DNA of 60,074 nt, counting the filler, from Basidioascus undulatus (lineage: Eukaryota), in assembly GCA_000826855.1 (NCBI GenBank). It is 6 parts of 6 records of this genome, joined end to end, with 100 filler letters (N's around TTAATTAATTAA, not from the genome) between each part and the next. Parts side by side here need not be neighbours in the genome. Positions count along the whole stretch, not along the records: positions 46,973 to 53,474 come from JTLS01001724.1; positions 53,575 to 60,074 come from JTLS01001725.1; 4 more parts are not named here. The stretch is one strand, 5' to 3'. The notes below the pieces were generated by a model, which ran no database searches, was not told the DNA's origin, and saw only the letters and a list, made by a program, of their open reading frames with translations. The translations under genes were made by a program, and so were the position numbers. Positions within the stretch are counted from its first letter, which is position 1; each line of letters opens with the position of its first letter. Positions 50,324-60,074 of this stretch are shown here, piece after piece.

Positions 50324-53300
50324 TTACGGTTCGCTGGACGCTGGCGGGGAGGATGCGAGTTCGGGGAACAGCGCGTCGAGGACCTGGAAAGCGGCCACGT
50401 CAGGATATGGATTCGAGAGGCTCAAGGTCGTGAGTACGCACAGTGTCGAGGAGAGTATAGATGAGGTGCTTGTTCAGTCGGCGGTTCTGGACGACCGAGA
50501 ACATCCGTCGCGCGCCGCGCCGGGCGTTCGAACGACCGATGAGGTTGGCTGCGAGGTCTGCCGTGATGCGATAAGAGGTCAATGGGCGGCCAATCCAGAT
50601 AGGCGATTAGACAGAAAGGCATCGACGCACCTGGCATGAGCGTCGACAGCTTCCGGTTCGCGTCGTCGCGGGTTTGAGCCTTCTCGGCAGGCGTGCGCGG
50701 GACGGAAGGCGGACGCATCTCCCCGTTCGGGAAGAGGCCGTCCCCGAATATGTTGATGTACTTCATGAGCGCGGCGGGGGCGGTGAGGACCTTGATGGCC
50801 TCGCGGAGTTTGCTGCACATGGCAAACCCATGCGTTCAGCTACGAGCTGCGGAAAGAGGTGAACACATCGGCGACGTACCGCTCAACTGTCCCGCCCAGG
50901 ACCTGCTGCAGAATGATGACGATCGCTTGTCGGCGGAGCCAGTTGTTCTTCTCCTTGAGCTCGCTGCGAAGGGGTACCAGCACAGATCAGCGTTACGTCC
51001 ACCACAGAGAGCATCTAGCAACGCGACTTACAAGATCTCGATGAACAAGTCCGTGATAGGCTCAGTAAAGTACGACGTCCCGCCGTCGAGGGGTCTGAGG
51101 CCCTGGGGCAAGCGGAGCTCGCCCTCGCGCCCGCTGACGTTGATCGCCTGCGAAATGAGATCCTCGTCGTGCACGCCCGAGCCGCTGATCCCCGCGAGGT
51201 CGGCGACCTGCTGGCTCAGCGTGGAGAGCACGACTTCCAGCATCGACTGTCCGAAGAGCACCTCGTCCAGGCTGCCCGCGACGGAGCGCACGAGGTTCTT
51301 GACTAGCCGCGGACCGGCGAAGAGCGAAGAGGAGGAAGGGCTTGGGGCGGAAAGGTCCGGGAGCGTGCCCACTGCTTGTTGCGAGAGGAAGGTCCGGAGC
51401 TCGACGCTCTCGCAAACGATCGGGATGGCGACGAGGGCCTGAGATGAGCAAGTGAGTCAGGGTCAGTTTTGGCAGGGCGCGGAATGGGGGCGATGAGACG
51501 GGGTAACACGCCTGGAGGTAGTTCTGCAGCGCGATCCTGCGCGTCTCGACGAAATGGCTATGCAGGGACGTGACGAGGCGCTTCCCCGGAAAGTCGAGCG
51601 CGCGAACCTGCGTATAGCGCTCCTTCAAACGCGTATGGAGGGCGAAGAAATCGGAGTACCGTCTCGCAGCGACCCATCCGCGGGAGAACAAGCCGTCCTC
51701 GGCGAGCTGGTGGACCTCGATGAGGTACCTGACGAACTGCTTGCCCGGCTCGCGCTCGGCCTCCTCGATCGCGGAGCTCGAGATGTGCACGCTCGTGCGC
51801 CCAGGGAGGAGCCTGTTCTCGCTCGCCTGCAGCTCGTACTGGCTCCGCTGAAACGTCAGCTGCCGGACTTCGCGCCGAAGCGTAGACTTGCTCTTGTTCA
51901 GCAGCCGCAGTTCGTGCGCGTTCCCCGTCAGCTCCGCTTTGCGCGCCAGCGCGTCTAGGATCGCCGACTGGCTCTCGAACGTGTCGATCTTTTCCGTGAG
52001 GCGCGCGATCTCGAGCGGGAGCTGCAGGTCCCCCGGCGCGGCGAGCTGTACGCTCGGCAGAGCATCCGCCTCGCCTTCGCCTTCGCCCTCGCCCTCGCCC
52101 TCCGCCTCCGGCTCGCCGCCTGCCTCGTCGTCCCCAAACACGTTCGTCGACACCTTCACGACCGGGACGTGGGGCACAGGGGGCGTAATGGACTCGATCG
52201 AGTCCGCGAGGCTGCGGCGCTTGTCCTCGGACGGGTCCGGCGTGTGCGTCGCCGCGGACCGTACGCCCGACCCGGAGCGAAGCGAGAACTCGCCCGAGTC
52301 GATACTCATCGAGCGGCGGTCGCGCGCGCGGCGCTCATCGCTGGCGAGGATGGAGCTGAGCGCGGCTTGGATGGCGTCGATCGTCTGGACCTGCACAAAC
52401 TCCTCGTCCTCGTCCGCGCCCTCGCCGTTGATCGGCAGCCGGATCGGCTTCGCGCGCATGTCCACGTCCGCCGTCGTTGGGGTCGTCGGGTCCGACGTGG
52501 GCGTGGACTCGTCCGAGAAGAGCGGGCTCCGCGTGCGGTGTGCGTCCCCTCGGGACGCAATGAGGAAGTCGAGGTGGCTTGGCTTGCGGAGGAAGCCCAT
52601 GGGCTGCGTGTGGGTCTCCTCAGGGGAGTCGGACTCCCCGAAGAGCGTCGGCGGCGGGAGGGTGAGCGAGTGGGAGAGTGCCGTCGATGGCTTCGCGGGC
52701 TCGCTGGACGTGGTGGCAGGGGCGGTCTCGGCGCGGTGGAGCGGGACGCGCAGCGCCGTTACGGGCTGGAGGACGCGCGCGGCGGCGGAGGTGAAGGACG
52801 AGAGGAGGTCGCCGCTCCCTGACGGCGCGCGGGCGTGCGCCGCGCTTGGAGGCGGAGGCAGTGGCGGTGGTGCGCGGACTGCTGCAGTGGGGGAGTGCGC
52901 GAATCCGCTGAGACGCGGTGTGTGGGCGTTGTGGCCGCCCGAGAACTCCGCGAGCGCCTTGAAGTACAGCTCGCTCCTCTTGAACTCGTCAAAGTCATCC
53001 TCGACCATCTCCTCGTACACCTGCCCCTGCGCCTTGACGACCGCCCTCCTCGCCCTCCTCAGCGCGCGCGCGCCCCCCACCGCCTCCTCCTGCGCCCCAA
53101 CCGTCGTCTCGACGAACTGCCGCAGCGCCGCGACGTGCTTAGGCGAGACGGGGAGAGCCGCGCCGGGTGCGGGGTCAGCGAAATACACGTCCCACACCAT
53201 CCGCATGTCCTCCGCGCCCGTCGCGTATGCGGCATGGTCGAGCGGCAGCTCGGCGGCGCCCTTGCCTGATGACTCGGACTCGGAGTCTGAATCCAGCGCC

Positions 53301-53474
53301 TCGAGCGGGTTCTTGAACGACTCGATTGTCAGCCAGAACTGGACGAGCAGCGCGCGACGCTTGCGCTCCATAAGCTCCATGAAGGAGGAGAGGCTGTGCC
53401 CGCAGAGCGGGTGAGTCGAGCTTCAATTCAGTGTACGCAGGAAGAGGGGAGGAGGGACGCACGAGGACGGGTTC
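50324..53474 (-). CDS. MDM1: PXA-RGS-PX-PXC sorting nexin (Mdm1/Snx14-like), 3' part
   Basis: RGS region (SSFMELMERK..LVQFWLTIESFKNPLE..DFDEFKRSELY), PX domain (FVRYLIEV..GWVAARRYSDFFALHTRLK..FPGKRLV) and nexin C-terminus (FTEPITDLFIEI, NNWLRRQAIVIILQQVLGGTVE, NRRLNKHLIYTLLD). Confidence 0.92.
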
Positions 53475-53574
53475 NNNNNNNNNNNNNNNNNNNNNNNNNN
53501 NNNNNNNNNNNNNNNNNNTTAATTAATTAANNNNNNNNNNNNNNNNNNNNNNNNNNNNNNNNNNNNNNNNNNNN
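53475..53574. other. Artificial contig spacer
   Basis: Same 100-nt block. Confidence 0.98.
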
Positions 53575-53576
53575 CG

Positions 53577-53756
53577 ATAGTGGTAAGGCCTCCATCCCTC
53601 ACGTTCTCCAATGCGCAGCCGATGGAGGTGGTGCTATGGGATAACGAGTGTCTGGGACTCTCGCCTCTCAACTGTAGTGAGTACCACGCAGACTTCGACG
53701 GCGATGAAATGCACGTATATCCAATTATGGCCACATTGCCAGCCCCCGCGACTTGA
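53577..53756 (+). pseudogene. Fragment of a divergent multisubunit RNA polymerase beta'/Rpb1-type catalytic region, probably of viral or selfish-element origin
   Basis: Frame from 53577 reads IVVRPPSLTFSNAQPMEVVLWDNECLGLSPLNCSEYHADFDGDEMHVYPIMATLPAPAT*. DFDGD lies at 53691-53705, at the same gap-free spacing from R-x-P-S-L as in Rpb1/RpoC. Confidence 0.8.
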
Positions 53757-54274
53757 GACGGATTTTCTGCCACGATAGTTCATAGGTACCTCCGAGTGTC
53801 CTCTCGTCCGATAACTCTTGCGCATTACTCCACTACCAGTTCTCCCTGCACTTCCTAAATACGAAACCCTCATCCTCACCCACGTCCTCGTATCCAGACC
53901 TGTGTTGTTTCGTGATCCAAATCTTCAAGCAGCTGCACATAACAGCCAGCTGCTCATTGCGACGCTGCCGCGGCTGTCACAGCCACGGTCTCTAGCTCAT
54001 ACCTGTGAAATATTCATGACCTCGTAGCTTATTATGTCTGAATCAGAAGGAAAGTATGCATTTCGCCGTGGCAGGGGCCCTGCGGGTGGTTGAAATTACT
54101 GAATTACATTCATCTTAGTTACGTAAACTGACTGCCCAACTCCGCCACAGAACGCCATAAACCTTTTGCATCTCTGCCTTGCTTCCCGCACCCATCACCT
54201 CTCTATCTGTTCATCTTCATTTTGGCTCCTCCTAATTTATTTCGATCACGTATCACGAGCAGCACACATTCGAT

Positions 54275-55699
54275 ATGGCGGCCGTCTCGAACACCCTCGT
54301 CTTTCCGCGCGAGGTTCTCACAGAGATCTTCTCGTATCTCCCGCTCGAGAACCGTCTTCAGGCGACTCTCCTCTGCAAGGCTTTTCACCCAAGCGCGATC
54401 GGTGCTCTGTATCGGGATGTCGATCTGACTCGTTTCGATCCTTCCCATGTCGGCATGTGCGTAAGCGCCCTCGCACGCACTCTTCAGCAGCATCCATCGC
54501 TTGGCCTACTCGTGCAGCACCTTTCGGTTCCTACCACCTCGAGCAGCCCTCTGTGCACCGCTGTCGTAAACATCGTCAGTATAGCTACCTGTATATGCTC
54601 GCTCTGGATCGGTTACGACCCAATTTCATCCGAAGAGGGTGTCGCGGCGCCTGCCACGGTCGCCGTCTGGCGCGACATGTACAATATCGCCACTTCTTCG
54701 GGTACCCTTAAGCGACTTGACCTTCTTCCGCCTCTCCTCGATCTCGCGACGCGGTAGCTCCGCTCTCTTTGAACGCTATCGACCCTTCGCGCGCGTCAAC
54801 GCTGGCTGCCCAGCTCGCCCACCTGCACATACAGGGTGTTCGGTGTTACCGACAGCAACTCTCTACCCTGATAGAGCGACAACACAATATCCGTTCTCTA
54901 ACTCTTCACAATGTCTACACTCCTCGTGACGAGTGGGTCTTTATCAGAGCCTTCGCCCGGGCTGCGTGGGGAGCCCGACGCCCTCCGTCACCTCAAGATT
55001 TGTTCTGCGGCTTCGATGATGTAAGACCATCCTCTCATCGATCAAATCGTCTTCGGTGCTCGAAAGTCTGGTCATCTGGAATGACACTTCGCTAAACCGT
55101 AGACCTACCACGGGCCAAAGCCCGTCTTCCTATCGCACATGCCGGGGAGTCTAGGAGCCCTTCGACTGCGCAACCTTTTCCTGTCAACCCCCGACGACAA
55201 GAACGACCCCGGGGCTTGTCTCAAAGCTCTAGCTGAGCGTGCGCCTCGGCTTGAATACCTCATCGCGCCTGGCATCGCACGGTTGGACGTCCAGGTGCGC
55301 CTAAACATGCTTTTCTTCTATGATAGCTCACGATAGGACATAAAGCCTTGACTATTCCTCCCTCACCAGACTACGGCAAAAGCTCTCGAACCCCTCAGAA
55401 GCCTGAGTCACCTCTATGTCGATCTTTCACGCGGCCAGATGACGTGTCGGCCCTGTCAGACAACATCTTCGTCGACGATGTGGCCGAGATCTTCTCGAGA
55501 CACTTCCAGCGGCTGCACCGCCTTCGCTTCAGCTCAACGATGCGTTATTAAGTTGAAATCATGCGGGGTCCAGAGGAGTCGGGCTGGGATTATCATGGCT
55601 ATGTCGAGAGCGACTACGCTGATATGGAATGAACAGGATGCACTCTCGTTGTGGGGCATTAAATCGTTGAGGCGTGTCAATATTTCCCGTCGGGAGTAA
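54275..55699 (+). pseudogene. F-box/LRR-type gene with frameshifts
   Basis: F-box-like FPREVLTEIFSYLP..ATLLCKAFH..LYRDVDL; the ORF stops at 54757. LRR-like segments (LAHLHI, IRSLTL, LRHLKI, APRLEYL, LHRLRF, SLRRVNI) continue in shifted frames without evident splice signals at the shifts. Confidence 0.6.
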
Positions 55700-55802
55700 A
55701 TTCACTGCAACATGCCTTATTGCCCATGTATCAGAGATAGCTTCATCCTCCAGCATCTTCTCGACCACCAGGCTGCAAGGTTTCTTCGTGCGTCGCCGTT
55801 CC

Positions 55803-57376
55803 TCACGCGAGCCCCAAAGCCGCGAGGTCAACCCAGGGGTAAGGGTCCTCGGGAACGTAAATGGTGTTGGCGGTGCCGTTGTATGCGGTCAGGTCCTGGC
55901 ACATCAGAATTTATCAGTTCAACAGCCGACATGACAGGGCGCGAGCGACTGAAATAGGAAGGAAAACCCACAGTGTCCGGGTCGTACAAGCAGTATTTGA
56001 GGTCCGGGCCTGTCCCGATGGTGTAAGGCACAGTCTGTTGGTTGTTCTGTCTCGATCAAAATGGTTTTTAGTGCTAGGCTCTGGGTACCGAAAGACAGGA
56101 GGAACAGCAACGCACGCCGATCTCTTTATCGCACACCCGCTCAACGTCTTCCACCTGCGCCTCCGTGATGTTGTACTTGTCTCCGAAATTAGGGTTGATC
56201 TGTACGTAATGTTTCGGTTATCAGCATGACCGCATATCCTTTATCTGCCTCTTTTCAAGAGGCACAATTCCCATCCGCGTGCCGTTCACAGCAATCACGT
56301 TCTTGATGATTACCTGCCGCGGGGCCTGTGCAAATCTAGAACACTTAAAGTCAGCAAAATTCTGGCGTTTTAGGATGTCAGGTAGTAGAGGGACTTACCT
56401 GGTTGTAGCAGTTCCCGCAGCTCTGGTAGAACGTGCCGAAGTTCTCCGCATAGAAACCTGTGATATGGAACTTGCCGGCAAGTGAGTTGTCCTGGAAGCT
56501 GGGTTGTAGGCAAAATGAGCATGTTTTCTCTTTTAAGTCGGCAGTTCAGAGAAAGGGAAGCTCACATCTTATCCTCTGCGTTCCGAGCGCCCCCGCCGAT
56601 GACACGCAGCTGGGTACTGAGGCCCTTCGAAGTGAGAGCTGCATGTACGTTCTAAATCAGCGATATGAAGGATGCCCTGGTGTGGACTGCCAAATGTTCA
56701 CCGTCTTCGCAAACATCCTCCCACCAAACCTGCGCAAGACTGCGGTTAGCTCTGCGGCAACGAGAAGCAAACCATGACCTCCCACATTCTCCACCCAAGC
56801 GTCACCAAGGGCGTGAACGCCCTCCGATTGGTGCTTTCCGATAACTATAAAAAGCCCATACACCCCTTTGTTCAGTTTTCAGCGGTTCCGAAAACGTCTG
56901 GGAAGCGGACGTACTGCAGTTCCGCAAAGTTGATCCGGCCAACAGATTGAACACCGCGTCCGCGTCTGTGATGTTTCATGTTCACATTGTCAGGGGGACT
57001 ATGAATGGATGGCAGAGAATGAGAAGACCCACCCGTCCCCTCAGCCTGCTGGTTGCAGCTCCCCTCCACGCGCTCATACCGCTTCATCTCGCAGTCAAAC
57101 ACCTCGCCGGGCCCGACGTAGATTGCCTCCTCGAGTACGACCGTCTCGTTGGCGGTCGCTGGAATTCCCCAATGCATCTTCTCAGCTTCACTTCCACTTG
57201 AGACTTAAGGTAAACGCACGGAACACCGTAATGGGGTATGGGAACCTCGGATCAGGCCGCGACGACAGGTCCGCCGACTCGTCGTCCTGCGCGCCTTCGG
57301 GCGGCTGCGACTGGCGGGGAATTACTGCGCCGTGGGCGAGGAGGGGGAGAAGGAGGAGCAGCGCAGCCGAGTGCAT
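55803..57376 (-). CDS. Secreted pectate lyase, polysaccharide lyase family 3, many introns
   Basis: Signal MHSAALLLLLPLLAHGA; GEVFDCEMKRYER..CNQQAEG-DADAVF..GSTLRNC-IGKHQSEGVH, VIGGGARNAEDK, FYAENFGTFYQSCGNC and INPNFGD are PL3 motifs. Confidence 0.88.
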
Positions 57377-58506
57377 GTTTGTTGGTGTGATATGAAGGGT
57401 GAGATAGTGTCTGGGTCGGTTGTCTTCGTCAATGGCAGCGGGCTTTTATGAGAAGATTGCAGGCCTTGCAAAGCGGGCCGGTTGCACGTCGTTGAGGGAG
57501 CCTGGACAGCGTCACATGGGCATTTGACCTTGTACTTATTGGGTTACCCGGGCCGGTCTGTATCCATGTAACCTGATCAAAATTCTTCAAGAAACAGTAG
57601 AGTCGTCATGTACCTTGATGTGAAGATTGCGGACACGTGACGAAGCGTTGCAGCCGTTGCGAGCCTGAAAGAGCGGACCGCACATGCCGGCTTTCCAGCT
57701 TGGCAGGGGAACAGCCGTAACAGTGGCATTAGTGCCTCCAGCGAGAAACGGCTTTCTTTCCAGAACGAGGACGACGAGCCGGGCCGGCGAACAACCTTGC
57801 CGTATGAGGAGGAGCAGAGGAAGATACCTGTGTTTGAAATATGCCTGCTTTGGAGGGGCAAACCAGGCTGTATGATTATAATAATGATTTTCTGTTTTCC
57901 TATCGAATACGCCCAAATTTCACAGAGTGGAGCATGACTGTTGCCTGCAACCGCCCGTTCCGCCAAGGCCGGCAGACACGTCGAGCAATACCTTGCTCGC
58001 TGACTCCTCACTTCATCTGCGGTTGGCGGCAGCAGTCACCATCATATCTGATCATTATGTTGAGGGGGGTAGATCTTGCTGAAATTTACTCGGACTTTCC
58101 TATTCATCCTTCGTAGCGAGTTATGGGGCATCCGCCTTGGGAAGGTGCAACGACTGTCTGCAGGTGTCGAACACTATTTCTCCGGCCTACTCTCGAACAT
58201 CATTACATACAATGGATGATCCGCCTGTTTTCAGCACTATTGTATTTTCGGCACCACTGTCGAATCACGTACAGAGTGGGAAAGTCGACCTCGCAGAAAG
58301 TCTGAAAACGGTCACGTGAGTGTTACTACTACTATCACTGCAACGCGCTACCTTCCCGAGCCCCTCGCGCTTTCCTTGCTCTTTCGGTCCCTCATCCTTT
58401 CTCGCTTTCACACTTCCGGCTCCTCAACACTGTCGCGGGCGGGACGATTTGGGGGTTTCTTCTCGCGTTTATAAACTCCCAAAATACAGAAAATACGGGA
58501 GGCGGG

Positions 58507-60074
58507 ATGATCACGCTCCAGCTGCCCCCTGGCGGTACCCCGTCCGACGCGTCGACGCGGCGCACGCTCAACAGCCTCGGCGCCGCAGTCGCGAAGAGCA
58601 AGCGCATCGTCGTCGTTACTGGCGCTGGGATTAGCTGTTCTTCAGGCATTCCGGTGAGCCCACATTCAGCTAGAATGCATCCTACCAGCAGGTACGCGCA
58701 TTTGCTAACCATTCGCCCTTGCAGGACTTCCGCTCCTCGGACGGGCTGTACAACCTCGTCAAGTCGCAGTACCCCTCGACCGTCGTAAAGGGCGCAGACC
58801 TCTTCGACGCGGGCCTCTTCCGCTCCGCAGACACGACTTCCCTTTTCTACACGTTCGCGGCCGAGCTCAAGGCGTCCGTAGATAAGGCCGCGCCCTCGCC
58901 GACGCACAAGTTCCTCCACGCGCTCGAGACGCGCGGAAAGCTCCTCCGCACGTACACGCAGAACATCGACTGCCTCGAGGAGCGCGTCGGCATGAGGCTC
59001 GCGCAGGACGGCGGACGCGTCGTCCAGTTGCATGGGAGCTTGAGCGGCGTGCGCTGCGCGACGTGCGCGTTTGTGGGCGAGATGAGCGAGGAGAGGAGGA
59101 GGTGCTTTGCGAGAGGGGAGGCGCCGGCTTGCCCGGACTGCGAGGCCAGAGGTGCGTCTCTTTCGACTTTTCCTGTATTGGGAACGGGGGGCAGGAAGAA
59201 CTGACGCGACGCTACACGCGCACAGCCGAAGACCGCGAGGCGCGCGGAAAGCGCAGCATCGCTGTCGGCGTCCTCCGACCAGGCATCGTCCTGTATAATG
59301 AAGCGCATCCCGGCGGCGACGAGATCGGCGACCTCCAACAAGCTGATGCTCTCAAGAAACCCGACCGTGCGTTTCGTCTTCTCGTTATCCACGCGCGATG
59401 CTTATTCCGACTCCTCGCTGCACCGCAGTCCTCATCATCATGGGCACCTCCCTGAAAGTTCACGGCTTCAAGCAGCTCGTCAAGTCCTTCTCGCGCGCCG
59501 TGCACGCCTCGCGCCCCGCCGCATCCTCCTCCAACTCTTCGACGCCCACGACCGTCAAGCCCGGCGGGCTCGTCGTCTTCGTCAACGCGACGCCCGCGGC
59601 GGGGAAGGAGTGGGAGCGCGAGATCGACTACTTCGTGCAGGGCAGCGCGGACGACTGGGTCCGCGGCGTGCTCGAGCAGTGGAAGTGCGTCAGGCCGGGC
59701 GACTGGGAGAGCCAGACGCGGCTGAGCTTCGGCGTCGGCAAGGCGGCCAAGGAGGTCGTGTGCGAGAAGGAGAAGGGGAAGGGCGCGAAAGGTGCGTTTG
59801 GCGCTTCTCTTCGCCTTTTCCGCATCGAAACGCCGAAACTCATCCACAATCGATCCTCACAGCCGCAGCTGTACCTACCAAACCTCCTCCCCGCGGCGCC
59901 GAGAACAAGCCGCCTGGTCGTAAACCCTCTCTCACTTCAGCTCCGATCCGTGTCACCATACCCCCCTCTCTCACTGCGCGACAAGCGCAGGCGCTCGGTA
60001 AGAAAGCCTCCCTCACGACCATAACCAACACCGCCGCCTCCGTCCCGCTGCCCTCCTTTCCCCAGTCGCAGTCG
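58507..60074 (+). CDS. HST3: NAD+-dependent sirtuin deacetylase, Hst3/Hst4-like (3' end beyond window)
   Basis: VVVTGAGISCSSGIP-DFRSSDGLY, KGADLFDA, LLRTYTQNIDCLE, VQLHG, Zn ligands CATC/CPDC, LRPGIVLYNE.HP and LIIMGTSLKVHG. Confidence 0.9.

Noticed and set aside
51888..53414. 508-aa plus-strand ORF
   Set aside because: Antisense shadow of the GC-rich MDM1 exon; Ser/Ala-rich with no domain features.
53577..53756. Reading the DFDGD fragment as the host Rpb1/Rpa1/Rpc1 gene or an RNAi RdRP
   Set aside because: It lacks the invariant NADFDGD and RQP[ST]LH residues of cellular subunits and stops soon after; RNAi RdRPs use a DLDGD/DYDGD motif in a different context.

Overview
Intron-rich eukaryotic DNA, most likely from a basidiomycete fungus (possibly Pucciniomycotina; inferred from intron density, GTGCGT/GTGAGT donors, GCTGAC branch sites and protein families). 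The window is not one locus: it is six segments (1-27035, 27136-33654, 33755-40265, 40366-46872, 46973-53474, 53575-60074) joined by identical 100-nt N44-TTAATTAATTAA-N44 spacers, so adjacency across spacers means nothing biologically. Recognisable spliced genes include a Cdc4-like WD40 protein (3' end), a mitochondrial carrier, a GH88/GH105-type hydrolase, PTC7 phosphatase, a LARP7/p65-like La protein, a DHA1 MFS transporter, BDF1 (3' end), a CFEM protein, RRF1, histone H3 (5' part), tRNA-Ile(AAU), ATP19, a chromate transporter, SEC31 (3' end), HIU hydrolase, MDM1 (3' part), a PL3 pectate lyase and an Hst3-like sirtuin, plus several decayed genes. Two observations stand out. First, 53577-53756 encodes a divergent multisubunit RNA polymerase catalytic segment (RPPSL...YHADFDGDEM) that the ORF track missed and that does not look like Pol I/II/III, suggesting a virus-like or selfish-element remnant. 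Second, the LARP7-like gene carries a tandem duplication of its C-terminal xRRM, intron included. Exon structures were read by eye and are approximate.
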